Shown here: positions 26,073-35,017 of the stretch, piece by piece | Position numbering within the stretch: the first letter of the stretch is position 1 | Layout of the letters: each line of letters starts with the position of its first letter | Source: a virus | Taxonomy: Duplodnaviria; Caudoviricetes | Strand: one strand, 5' to 3' | Length of the DNA stretch: 56,242 bases | Virus record (IMG/VR): IMGVR_UViG_3300025424_000012 | Location: 1-56,242 of that record | Translations under genes and position numbers: made by a program | Notes under the pieces: model-generated | Database searches by the model: none | The model's input: the letters and a program-made list of their open reading frames with translations, nothing else | What the model was told of the DNA's origin: nothing

Positions 26073-26275
26073 ACTGCATGACATGTACCCACGCCACCAC
26101 GAAAAGCCCAACAGGCGGCACATCCGTTCATCGGCAATCCATGTGGCGCCTTGGATTCGTCGGCTTCCGGCTGGACCGCGAAGAGGGAAAAACCTACAGC
26201 GCGACGGCCGAGCGCGAATGCGCCAAGTGGCAGCAGGCCACCCCAGAAGATCTTCGACTCAGGAGCCCACGATGA
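26069..26275 (+). CDS. Small hypothetical protein
   Basis: GTGA/ATGA overlaps at both ends; CMTC. Confidence 0.55.
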   Translation: MNCMTCTHATTKSPTGGTSVHRQSMWRLGFVGFRLDREEGKTYSATAERECAKWQQATPEDLRLRSPR

Positions 26276-26688
26276 TCCAGTTCACCATTCCCGGAGAGCC
26301 TGTTGCAAAAGGGCGCGCGCGCTCATTTGTCCGCGGCGGCCATGTTGCCCACTACACCCCGGAAAAAACGGCCCGGTATGAGAACCTGGTAAAGCTGGCC
26401 GCCCAACAAGCCATGGACGGCCTGCCACCGGCCGACGGAGCCATCACGCTGACCGTGCGGGCTTACTTCGGCATTCCGGCCAGTTGGTCGAAGAAGCGCC
26501 AAGCAGCCGCCCTGGCCGGAGTCGAGCACCACACCAAGCGGCCGGATCTGGACAACGTGGTGAAAGCGATCAAGGACGGCATGAACGGCGTGGCCTGGCG
26601 CGACGACTGCCAAGTGGTCCAGCTTAAGGACTGCCGCAAAACCTATGGAGAGACGCCACGGGTCGAAGTCATTGCATCGCGGGTCTGA
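26272..26688 (+). CDS. rusA: RusA family Holliday junction resolvase
   Basis: PGEPVAKGRAR, KRPDLDNVVKAIKDGMNGVAWRDD. Confidence 0.92.
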   Translation: MIQFTIPGEPVAKGRARSFVRGGHVAHYTPEKTARYENLVKLAAQQAMDGLPPADGAITLTVRAYFGIPASWSKKRQAAALAGVEHHTKRPDLDNVVKAIKDGMNGVAWRDDCQVVQLKDCRKTYGETPRVEVIASRV

Positions 26689-26690
26689 CC

Positions 26691-26903
26691 ATGGTGCTCG
26701 ACTCCTACATGTACGGCGACCCAGAAACGGTCCTGATCCGCAAGCAAGAAGAGGCCGCCCGCAAACAGACCGCCTGCGGGCAATGTATCCACCACAAACA
26801 GATGGAGTTCCAGGGCGAAAACTGGCACTTCTGCGAGTTCAAAAGGCGCACCTATGGGACGCGCTGCGAGCTCTACACCACGGAGAAAAAATGCAGACCG
26901 TAG
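26691..26903 (+). CDS. Cys-rich hypothetical protein
   Basis: YGDP...CGQC...C...RC. Confidence 0.65.
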   Translation: MVLDSYMYGDPETVLIRKQEEAARKQTACGQCIHHKQMEFQGENWHFCEFKRRTYGTRCELYTTEKKCRP

Positions 26904-27157
26904 AAAAAACCTTGACTGTCGGAGTCGGCTACGGCGTGCGCGCCAAGGTGCGCCGAATGTCGCGGCGCCAGATAAAAAAAGCTCTGTCGCGCAGGTTGCG
27001 GGTATTGCTTGGTGCCCCGCTCAACAACGAGACGGCAGACAAGGCGCGTGCGATACGCGATGCCTTTTTGTACGCCCCATTCAATTACCGCCTGACCATC
27101 AAAGTGCCGGCCAGCGCGCCAGATTTCACGATGCCTTTTGAGTGGCAGGAATACTGA
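26891..27157 (+). CDS. Hypothetical protein
   Basis: GGAGA RBS before ATG at 26891. Confidence 0.5.
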   Translation: MQTVEKTLTVGVGYGVRAKVRRMSRRQIKKALSRRLRVLLGAPLNNETADKARAIRDAFLYAPFNYRLTIKVPASAPDFTMPFEWQEY

Positions 27158-27247
27158 AATGAAAAAGGCCCCGACGTCGCCAAACGCCGGAGCCTTCCGA
27201 GAGAACCAAAGGAACTGAAGCGCCTTCATTCTACCGGAGCCCGACCC

Positions 27248-27949
27248 ATGATCGCAACAACTGAAAAGCCGGATACGCAAGAGCAGTACCAGACTGCCGT
27301 CAACACGTCGAACCTCCGAATCGAGGTGGACCGCCCAAACCGGGGCGACATCATCCTGGCCGCCGGCATGAGCAAGTCACGGCTGGGCGCATCCCTGCTG
27401 AGGCTCTACACGGAATGGGACAGCAGCGAAAAGCTGCCCAAACTGACCAAAAAGGCAATCGAGACCCTGGCGGCCACCATGCCGACCAAGGCCGGCAAGC
27501 CCAACCACGCCAAAGCGGCCGAGACCGCCGCGAACTGGCACATGCACGAAATGAAGCTGCTGATGGGCAAGCTCAAGACGCTCCCCGAGGTCCGGGCGGC
27601 CGTGGTGTGGCAGGCCACCGTCTGGGGCATTTCCGAGCCGGAACAGGTCACCGCCTCGGCTTTGCTCTGGTGGCTGGCCCCTACCTGCCAGACCTGTCAC
27701 GGAGTCGGATGGCTATTCAAGGAAAGCCAGCCGGCGCAGATCTGCACCAAATGCCGGGGCTCGACGCGGGGCGGCATCCCGTGCGGCGAAGCTGGCCGGA
27801 AAGTGGTGAATCACCTGGACGATTGCGTGAATGTCGCGCGCCAGTCCATTCATGGCAGGCTGAGGGCATTTTCCAGGGCTGGCGCAAAAAAAGATTGCAC
27901 AACCACAAAAAATGTGGATAATGCCGCCAAGGATGGCACGGCCTGCTGA
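27248..27949 (+). CDS. Q-like late antiterminator
   Basis: Last early gene before the late region; CQTCHG...CTKCRG zinc motif. Confidence 0.7.
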   Translation: MIATTEKPDTQEQYQTAVNTSNLRIEVDRPNRGDIILAAGMSKSRLGASLLRLYTEWDSSEKLPKLTKKAIETLAATMPTKAGKPNHAKAAETAANWHMHEMKLLMGKLKTLPEVRAAVVWQATVWGISEPEQVTASALLWWLAPTCQTCHGVGWLFKESQPAQICTKCRGSTRGGIPCGEAGRKVVNHLDDCVNVARQSIHGRLRAFSRAGAKKDCTTTKNVDNAAKDGTAC

Positions 27950-28038
27950 GTCCGTCGCCCCTGAAAAGCCTAACGTCTGCGGGAGTCAGTCTCACCGCCG
28001 AAGCTGTTTCAGGGGGATGCTTTCCCCGGAAATTCTTT

Positions 28039-28064
28039 AAGGGCTCGCAGATCGCGGGCCTTTT
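28039..28064 (+). terminator. Rho-independent terminator (tR'-like)
   Basis: AAGGGCTCGC-AGATC-GCGGGCCTTTT. Confidence 0.6.
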
Positions 28065-28074
28065 CGCTTTAACG

Positions 28075-28740
28075 CATGGTGATTGCCAGAGTCTGCAAAT
28101 GCTCTGGAGTACGGGCTACATGCAGGACGGCCCCGAAACTGCAAACAGTCACCAGCCGTTAGCGCGAGTGCTCAGGGGACTGGAAGCGACCAAAGCGAGG
28201 AATCGCCCACGGTAAAAAGGTTTCGGCCTTCTGAAAAACCGAGAAACAGGCAACCCACCGGCAAACGACGTGCGCATAACCTGCCGGGCGCACGCGGTGA
28301 TCGGACCCGCAAGCACGCTGAAAATGCCAGAGATCAGCACTGGCCGCGCTAGAAGATAAATTACCCAAGGCCGCCGCAGTGCGGGCTTTATTCATTCAGC
28401 CGTCAACCTTTGATGGCCCCCAAGTTTCGGCGGAAACGCCGGTCAGACCGACCCCGTAGTACCTTGCTTGAAGCCTCGGTGCTGCCGTGAGGCCACGGCA
28501 CCCCGGGAACCGCTGACCGCCCCGTTCCCGGCATGTCCGGGCATTGCAGACGGCCGCCGAATTCAACCCGCAGACCAGGTGCGCAATTCCTGCTGACAGC
28601 GGCCGCCAGGCCACGCAATCCGCGCACCCCTGTAGCCCATCGCCGCTCATCAAGTGGGTATGTAACAGCGGCACCCCAGCACGTTCAAAGGCCATCGCTA
28701 AAGCTCCCTTTGCAAAGCGGTAGCGCGGGGCTGGGCAACC
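28075..28740 (+). ncRNA. Candidate structured non-coding RNA region
   Basis: Many nested perfect or near-perfect stems and no convincing ORF; strand inferred from late transcription. Confidence 0.4.
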
Positions 28741-28761
28741 GAATCTCCCAAGGAATCCACT

Positions 28762-28938
28762 ATGAACGCATCCCAAAGCGGCGCCGGGACAGCCCTTGCC
28801 GCCTTCTGCGCCCTGTTCAACAGCGGGAGCCTGGTATTCCTGAGTGGGGCCATGCCGGCGTCAACCACATCAGCGGCGTCCCCGGCCTCCCAATGGCTGG
28901 TAACGGACCCCAAAGACAACTTCACGGCCAAAGCATGA
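28762..28938 (+). CDS. Small hypothetical protein (58 aa)
   Basis: AAGGA RBS; stop overlaps the next start (ATGA). Confidence 0.55.
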   Translation: MNASQSGAGTALAAFCALFNSGSLVFLSGAMPASTTSAASPASQWLVTDPKDNFTAKA

Positions 28939-29258
28939 GCGGTGCAATCCTCCTACCGTCAACCGTCGCCCCGGGCGCCCTGGGAGTCATCACCCTTGAC
29001 TTCTCGGACAACCTGGCGGCTGGCGAATCCCTGACGGGCATCAGTTCGAGCGCGGTCAAACTCACGGCGGGCCTGGATGCCACCCCGGCCGCGCTGATCA
29101 CCAGCGCCCCGGTGGTTTCCAGCAATGGGTATCAGGTCAGCTTTGGCGTGACCGGCAGGAGCGACCAGGCGGATTACGAGGTAACCATTGTCTGCGCCAC
29201 CAGCAACAGCCTGAAAAGCTTGCCAATGGCGGTGACGATTCAGGTAAGGGCGCTGTGA
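28935..29258 (+). CDS. Beta-rich virion adaptor-like protein
   Basis: LDFSDNL..GESLT...Y.VT....TSN pattern reminiscent of fibre-adaptor proteins. Confidence 0.6.
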   Translation: MSGAILLPSTVAPGALGVITLDFSDNLAAGESLTGISSSAVKLTAGLDATPAALITSAPVVSSNGYQVSFGVTGRSDQADYEVTIVCATSNSLKSLPMAVTIQVRAL

Positions 29259-29259
29259 T

Positions 29260-29742
29260 ATGGCCGCCAAAGCACTAGACAAAGCCAAGGCCGACGCGAT
29301 CCTAATCGACTGGCGGTTGGGTCAATTAAGCCAGCAGCAGATTGCCGAAAAACACGATGTCAGCAAAGGCGTCGTAAACAAAATTTGCAAAGGCGTGGAA
29401 CAGGACGCCGCAAGTAACGTGACCGCCGGAATCCAGTATTGGCGCGGGTTAAAAGGTCATGATGACCGCATGGTGACCGCAATTGAGAACGAGGTCACGA
29501 TCCAATCCAAGCGGTTGGACCTGTTGGCAGAGTTGGCCATGGATAACGTAAAGCAAGCCATGGAAGCCAAATGCAACGGGCAAGCCGATTTCCGACATCG
29601 GGCCATGACAATCAATGCCGCCAAGGAAAATCTTGTCGGCAAAACACCGACCGTAGCCGTGCAAGTAAACCAGGGCGGGTCTGGATTCTCGAGCGTCGAA
29701 CAGTTCAAGGAAGCCGGCGCCGAGCTTTTGCAAAAAATCTGA
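29260..29742 (+). CDS. terS: Terminase small subunit
   Basis: N-terminal HTH (LSQQQIAEKHDVSKGVV); directly upstream of TerL. Confidence 0.75.
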   Translation: MAAKALDKAKADAILIDWRLGQLSQQQIAEKHDVSKGVVNKICKGVEQDAASNVTAGIQYWRGLKGHDDRMVTAIENEVTIQSKRLDLLAELAMDNVKQAMEAKCNGQADFRHRAMTINAAKENLVGKTPTVAVQVNQGGSGFSSVEQFKEAGAELLQKI

Positions 29743-29743
29743 C

Positions 29744-31144
29744 GTGCTCAGTCAATCGGATATTGAGGCGGCGGCAGTCCTGGCGCAAAACAGGCAGCTC
29801 AGCCTGTACAACTTTAGCCGGGCGATTTTTCTGGGGCGCAGGGGATACCGCTGGCAGCAGGCCCCGCACCATGTCAAGATTTGCGATGCGCTGGAAAGGG
29901 TTTTTCGGGGCGAGTGCAAGCGGCTGATCATCAACATCCCGCCCAGGTATTCCAAAACCGAGTTGGTGAAGTGCTTCATTGCATGGACGCTCGGACAGGC
30001 GCCGGACAGCGAGTACATCTACACGTCCTATTCCGGGCGGCTGGCTGCAGCGTCATCATGGGACATCCGGGAGATGGTGCAGACCCCGCTGTATCAGCGA
30101 ATTTACCCCGGTGTGGCGCTCAGGAACGACAGCCAGGCAAAAGACGAATGGCGGACCGAGGCCGGCGGGATCATGTATTCCGTTGGTGCCGGTGGCACGA
30201 TTACGGGATACGGAGCCGGCAAACACAGGGGGGGCTTTGGGGGTTGCCTGCTGATCGATGATCCGCACAAGGCCGACGAAGCGCGGTCTGACGTGATGCG
30301 CCAGAACGTGATCGAGTGGTTTCAAAACACATTCGAAAGCCGCAAAAACTCGCCAGACACACCGATCATTTTGGTGATGCAGCGGCTGCACGAAGACGAT
30401 CTGGCCGGCTTTTTGTTGGATGGCGGTAACGGCGAAGAGTGGGAACACCTCTGCCTTTCTGTCATTCAAGACGACGGCACGGCCCTCTGGCCTGAAAAAC
30501 ACAATCTGGAAACTTTGGAGCGCATGGAGCAGGCCGCTCCGTACATGTTTGCCGGTCAGTACCGGCAGCGGCCAGCACCACCGGAAGGCGGTTTGTTCAA
30601 GCCTGAAAAGCTCAAGATTGCCGAATTTATGCCGCAGGGCCTCACGATGGCCAGGGGTTGGGATTTGGCGGCCACCGAAGAAGCGCAGGGGAAAAAGCCA
30701 GATTGGACCGCTGGTGCCTTGGTGGGCCGCGACGACCTGGGCCAAATCTACATTTGCCATATCAGCCGATTCCGCGGGAGTCCGCTGGCGGTCGAGCAGG
30801 CGCTGCTGACCACGGCGGCGATGGATGGCTATGAGGTGCCAATCAGCGGGCCACAGGATCCAGGGCAGGCCGGCAAGGCCCAGGCATTCGGGTTTATCCA
30901 AAAGCTCGCCGGATATGACGTGGAATTCACGCCGGAAACCGGGAGCAAGGCAACGCGGGCAGCGCCGCTGGCCGCTCAGGTGGAAGCCGGAAACGTCTTT
31001 ATGGTTCGCGGTGAATGGAATCAGGCCTTTGTCGATGAGTTGAGGATGTTCCCCAATGGATCATTCGACGATCAGGTAGACGCCTGCAGCCGGGCATTCC
31101 ATAGGCTTTTAACGGCCAAGCGCTGGTCCTTCGGGTCGGTATAG
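29744..31144 (+). CDS. terL: Terminase large subunit
   Basis: IPPRYSKT (Walker A), LLIDDP (Walker B), QRLHEDD, GWDLA, FPNG.FDDQVD. Confidence 0.96.
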   Translation: MLSQSDIEAAAVLAQNRQLSLYNFSRAIFLGRRGYRWQQAPHHVKICDALERVFRGECKRLIINIPPRYSKTELVKCFIAWTLGQAPDSEYIYTSYSGRLAAASSWDIREMVQTPLYQRIYPGVALRNDSQAKDEWRTEAGGIMYSVGAGGTITGYGAGKHRGGFGGCLLIDDPHKADEARSDVMRQNVIEWFQNTFESRKNSPDTPIILVMQRLHEDDLAGFLLDGGNGEEWEHLCLSVIQDDGTALWPEKHNLETLERMEQAAPYMFAGQYRQRPAPPEGGLFKPEKLKIAEFMPQGLTMARGWDLAATEEAQGKKPDWTAGALVGRDDLGQIYICHISRFRGSPLAVEQALLTTAAMDGYEVPISGPQDPGQAGKAQAFGFIQKLAGYDVEFTPETGSKATRAAPLAAQVEAGNVFMVRGEWNQAFVDELRMFPNGSFDDQVDACSRAFHRLLTAKRWSFGSV

Positions 31145-31150
31145 GAAACT

Positions 31151-32533
31151 ATGAGCAAAAAACCGACATTCACAGCACGATTGGGCGAGTGGGCTGGCGA
31201 CAGGATTGCCAGCGCCATCTGGGCTGGCCGCTTGCGCAAGAACCCGGCGCGCGATACCGTGCCCTATGCCAAGCTGATGAGCATTGGCGGCCAGCGCTAC
31301 ACGCGCGACCGGCCCATGATCAAACCGACGCCCAGCAACCTGCGCCGGTTTAGCCGGACCGTGTACGCGCGCCGGGCCATCAACTACGTAAAAAACTCCG
31401 TGGTCGGGCTGCGCTGGGAAGTCGTGGCAAAACCAGAGGTCACCGAATCGGCCGAGATCAAGCGGCAAATCGAGACGGTAAAAAAGTGCTTGGAAAAGCC
31501 CAACACCGACGATTCTTTCCGCTCCATGATGGAGCAGGTATCCGAAGACATTCTGGTGTGTGGTGCCGGCGCGATTGAGCAGGAGGTTGGGGCCCATGAG
31601 TTGCGCCCGCTCTGGCTGTGGCCGGTTGACGCGCTTTCCATCGAAATCTACGCGGCGTGGTCTGGCGACAAGAGCGAGCCACGCTACTCCCAAACCATGG
31701 GTTACGGCAACGTGGGCGGCACGCGCGGCATCACGCTGACCAATGACCAGCTGATCTACATCAAAAAAGACCCGAGCACAGACAATCCCTTTGGCCTTGG
31801 CAGTCTGGAAATTGCCTTTAGCTCCATCAACCGCCTGCTTTCCACGGCTGACTATGCGGGTAACGTGGCCGGCAACAGCCAGCCGGCCAACATTCTGCAG
31901 TTCCCCGGCATGGATGCCACGACCCTGGATAAATTCCGGGAGTACTGGCGCAACGAGGTCGAAGGCCAGGGCCAGACGCCCATGGTGGGCGGCGACAAAG
32001 ACGTCAACGTGCTGGCGCTGCGCGGTGCCAGCGACGACGCCCTGTACCTCAAGTATCAGGAATTCCTGATTCGGGAAATTGCGACGGCATTTGAAATCAG
32101 CCCGAGCAATCTCGGCATCGAGGCCGACGTCAACCGCAGCACCGCAGAGGTCTCGGTAGACAAGGATTGGCAGGCCGCCATCATCCCGCTGGCGACCAAC
32201 ATTGCCAGTTACATCAACCGCGAAGCCATTGAAGGCCGGCTGGGCTTTTCTCAGATCGAATTCAAGTGGCTTGGCATTGACCGCGACGACGAAGAGCTGC
32301 TGTCCAAGATTCACGGCGCGTACTACGAAATGAACGCGCTGACGCCGAACGAAATACGCGAAAAACTGGGCCGCGAGCCCTCGAAATCTCAGTGGGCTGA
32401 TTTGAATGCAGCCGATGTAGAGATCGCCAAACTCGCCGCGCGCGGGCTTGCGACCGACCTTGATACCAACATCAAGAACAAGCCGCAAAAAGGCGCAGCC
32501 AAACCAACCAAACAACCGAAAGTTGAGGATTAA
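31151..32533 (+). CDS. Portal protein
   Basis: Follows TerL; LWPVD, FGLGSLE, IA.AF.ISP..LG, LTPNEIREKLG. Confidence 0.92.
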   Translation: MSKKPTFTARLGEWAGDRIASAIWAGRLRKNPARDTVPYAKLMSIGGQRYTRDRPMIKPTPSNLRRFSRTVYARRAINYVKNSVVGLRWEVVAKPEVTESAEIKRQIETVKKCLEKPNTDDSFRSMMEQVSEDILVCGAGAIEQEVGAHELRPLWLWPVDALSIEIYAAWSGDKSEPRYSQTMGYGNVGGTRGITLTNDQLIYIKKDPSTDNPFGLGSLEIAFSSINRLLSTADYAGNVAGNSQPANILQFPGMDATTLDKFREYWRNEVEGQGQTPMVGGDKDVNVLALRGASDDALYLKYQEFLIREIATAFEISPSNLGIEADVNRSTAEVSVDKDWQAAIIPLATNIASYINREAIEGRLGFSQIEFKWLGIDRDDEELLSKIHGAYYEMNALTPNEIREKLGREPSKSQWADLNAADVEIAKLAARGLATDLDTNIKNKPQKGAAKPTKQPKVED

Positions 32534-32535
32534 TC

Positions 32536-32838
32536 ATGAAATTTGCTCACGCCATCGCCGTTCCCAGCGGCGCAGTCCAAGCCAATCAAGGCCAAGTGCT
32601 GATCGGCAGCATTCCCGGTGTTGCCAATGCCGCGGGCGGCGGTGCAGGCGCTGCCGTGGTCACCGCAGTGTCGGTGCCCGGTCTGCCGGCCAGCTATTCC
32701 GTCCTGGTCAACCCCGGGCAAGACGCTACCGCTTTTGTCAGCGGCAAAACCTCCACCGGCTTCAATGTGACGCTCACGCCGCGCCTTGCCGCCAACACCC
32801 TGGCGGCCGGCACGTTCGACGTCGTGATCGTCGCCTGA
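32536..32838 (+). CDS. Virion protein (putative head decoration)
   Basis: Ala/Gly/Val-rich; SYSV.V.P, KTSTGFNV. Confidence 0.7.
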   Translation: MKFAHAIAVPSGAVQANQGQVLIGSIPGVANAAGGGAGAAVVTAVSVPGLPASYSVLVNPGQDATAFVSGKTSTGFNVTLTPRLAANTLAAGTFDVVIVA

Positions 32839-32873
32839 TCAAAGTTCAACCACCACCCGCATAGGAGCCCATC

Positions 32874-33089
32874 ATGGCACTCATTACCCCCTTGAAAGCG
32901 CTGACCATCCTCGCCAGCGAGCAATCGACCGTCATCGCCGCCGTTGGCTCGGAAGACGCCACCGGCATGCTGAGCGCTGTTGTCACCAGCTTGCAAGAAG
33001 TGCAGATCCAGTTGACCCGCTTGGCAGCGTACCTGCCGGCTGGCACGAATCTGACGGCCATCAACACCGCGTTGACCACGATTGCCTGA
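32874..33089 (+). CDS. Small helical hypothetical protein
   Basis: AGGAG RBS. Confidence 0.65.
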   Translation: MALITPLKALTILASEQSTVIAAVGSEDATGMLSAVVTSLQEVQIQLTRLAAYLPAGTNLTAINTALTTIA

Positions 33090-33091
33090 TC

Positions 33092-33310
33092 ATGGCAGCA
33101 GCAGTCAACGCAACCGCCGCCCGCGTCACGCTCGAGCAGCTGATCGCCAAGCAGCCAACGCCGGCCAACTTTGCGCAACAGTACCGCTTGGCGGCCCTGG
33201 AAATCAAGTTGGGCGAGCTCAAGCAGCTGGTGACCCAGATCAACTCTGCCGGCGGCATCACCAACTCGACCGTGGCCACTGACCTGGCTACGCTGACGAG
33301 CCTGCTGTAG
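33092..33310 (+). CDS. Small helical hypothetical protein
   Basis: Packed 2 bp after the previous ORF. Confidence 0.65.
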   Translation: MAAAVNATAARVTLEQLIAKQPTPANFAQQYRLAALEIKLGELKQLVTQINSAGGITNSTVATDLATLTSLL

Positions 33311-33312
33311 CC

Positions 33313-33543
33313 GTGGCAAAGCCGTCCAAGGAAACCGCCAAGGAATTGGCGCAGCCGGTCTCGTTTGTCGCCACGGTATCGGCTGCAGCCCGTGCGGCCG
33401 CCGTGGCGCGCAACTACGAACTTGAGGGCCAGCTTGTGCGTTGCGAAACGCTGGCTGGCAACCTCAAGGCGTTTATTGCCACGATGGGCGAAGTGCCGGC
33501 CAACGTTTCCGAAGCATTCAAGGCGCTGGAAGCCGTTTTGTAA
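33313..33543 (+). CDS. Small helical hypothetical protein
   Basis: Packed 2 bp after the previous ORF. Confidence 0.6.
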   Translation: MAKPSKETAKELAQPVSFVATVSAAARAAAVARNYELEGQLVRCETLAGNLKAFIATMGEVPANVSEAFKALEAVL

Positions 33544-33552
33544 AGCACTCCC

Positions 33553-34944
33553 ATGTCCCTGACCAAAGACCAGCGCGCCGCGCTCGCCGAGACGGATTTC
33601 GCCGTGCCTGGCAAGCGCAAGCTGCCAATCCACGACGCCACGCACGTCCGGCTCGCCCGCGAGACCGTGCTACGCACCAAAGACCTGACCGCTGAAGAGC
33701 GGACAGAGGCGACGTGCCGGATTTTGGCCAGGGCAGAAGAGCTGGGTGTGGATACGTCCTCTTGGCAGTCCGATTCCATCGTCTCATTCGAGTGCATGGC
33801 AATCGAAATGCCGAAATGGGACGGCCACCCCAACCGCATGCCGTTTTCCGGCGTGCTGACCAGGGTCGATGAACCCAGCGACATTGCGCCCCACGGCTCC
33901 AAAGGCCACCGGGTCTACATGTCGAAAGAAGTCGCGGAACGCGCTCTGCCCAGCCTGTTGGGCATGGGTGTGGATTACGAGCCCGGCTTTCAGGGTCACG
34001 ACCCCCAAAAGAAGATCGGGATCATCACTGCCGCCGTGATTGAAGGCAGCGCGATCAAGGTCGAAGGTTTTTTCTACGCAAAAGACTTCCCAGAGGAGTG
34101 CGAGCAGATACAGGCTGAAAAGGACGCGCTTGGCTTCAGTATTGAAGTAGACGCCCGCATCCAGGACCGTACTGCCGACCTGTGGGTTATCGAAAACTGC
34201 GTGTTCACTGGCGCTGCCGTTCTTTACAAGGACCTGGCGGCATACACCTCCACCTCTCTGGCCGCATCGGCCGACAAGGAAATTGACATGACCCCCGAAG
34301 AACTCAAGGCCTTTTTGGCTGCACAACTTGGCCCCATCGCCGAAAGCGTCAAAGCGCTGTCGACCGAAGTCGCCAGCATCAAGGCCGCCGCATCCCTGGC
34401 TGGCCCCATCATTGACCAGGTGAAGCCTCACGTCGACGCCGTGAACGCGTGCGCCGACGTAATGGCTGCTGCCGGTGTGGGCAACGACCCCAGCAATGGC
34501 CACGTCGTTCATCTGCGCCACATGGCAGCCCACATGGCCGCCGAGGCTGTTTCTGGCCGTGTGCCCAAGGTCTACCGCGATCACGACTTTTTGGAGGACG
34601 CCCGCGTGCGCGCTTCCGCCGACAAGTCCGGCAACGAGGAAACCAATGACGCCCTGGCCAAGGTCACGGCATCGCTGGAAAGCCTGAGCACGCAAGTCAC
34701 CGACTTGAAGGCCAAGGCATTTACCGACGCACCGGCACCGGCCCGCAAGACGCTCGACGCTGGCGTGCAGACCATCCTGGCAAAAGCTGGTTTGGCAGAT
34801 GCCGTGAACGACGGCAAGAAACTGACCATGACCCAAGTCGACGCGGCCCTCGAAGCCGCCGGCGTCAAGGGTGCCCAGCAGCGCATCGCCGCAAAGCTCA
34901 AGTTGCGCGACGCCGGAATGATGGAAGCTGGCCAAGCCAACTGA
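33553..34944 (+). CDS. Prohead protease/scaffold (N-terminal DUF6582-like)
   Basis: DFAVPGKRKLPIHDA.HVR; H...KIG.I, LGFSIE, FTGAAVL; coiled-coil C-terminus; precedes capsid. Confidence 0.8.
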   Translation: MSLTKDQRAALAETDFAVPGKRKLPIHDATHVRLARETVLRTKDLTAEERTEATCRILARAEELGVDTSSWQSDSIVSFECMAIEMPKWDGHPNRMPFSGVLTRVDEPSDIAPHGSKGHRVYMSKEVAERALPSLLGMGVDYEPGFQGHDPQKKIGIITAAVIEGSAIKVEGFFYAKDFPEECEQIQAEKDALGFSIEVDARIQDRTADLWVIENCVFTGAAVLYKDLAAYTSTSLAASADKEIDMTPEELKAFLAAQLGPIAESVKALSTEVASIKAAASLAGPIIDQVKPHVDAVNACADVMAAAGVGNDPSNGHVVHLRHMAAHMAAEAVSGRVPKVYRDHDFLEDARVRASADKSGNEETNDALAKVTASLESLSTQVTDLKAKAFTDAPAPARKTLDAGVQTILAKAGLADAVNDGKKLTMTQVDAALEAAGVKGAQQRIAAKLKLRDAGMMEAGQAN

Positions 34945-34964
34945 TCCAGACCAGAAACAACGTC

Positions 34965-34989
34965 AACCGCCCATGAGGCGGTTTTTTTA
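34965..34989 (+). terminator. Rho-independent terminator
   Basis: AACCGCC-CATGA-GGCGGTT followed by a T-run. Confidence 0.7.
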
Positions 34990-35017
34990 CGTCCTCATTT
35001 TTTAGGAGCCTACTCAA

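Noticed and set aside
27895-27922. Late promoter PR' (TTGCAC-16-GATAAT)
   Set aside because: Plausible position ahead of a terminator, but a weak match inside the Q-like ORF; not called
28161-28350. tRNA gene in the late leader
   Set aside because: Acceptor-like ends and a T-arm-like hairpin, but no TTCGA loop, anticodon arm or correct length; kept within the ncRNA candidate
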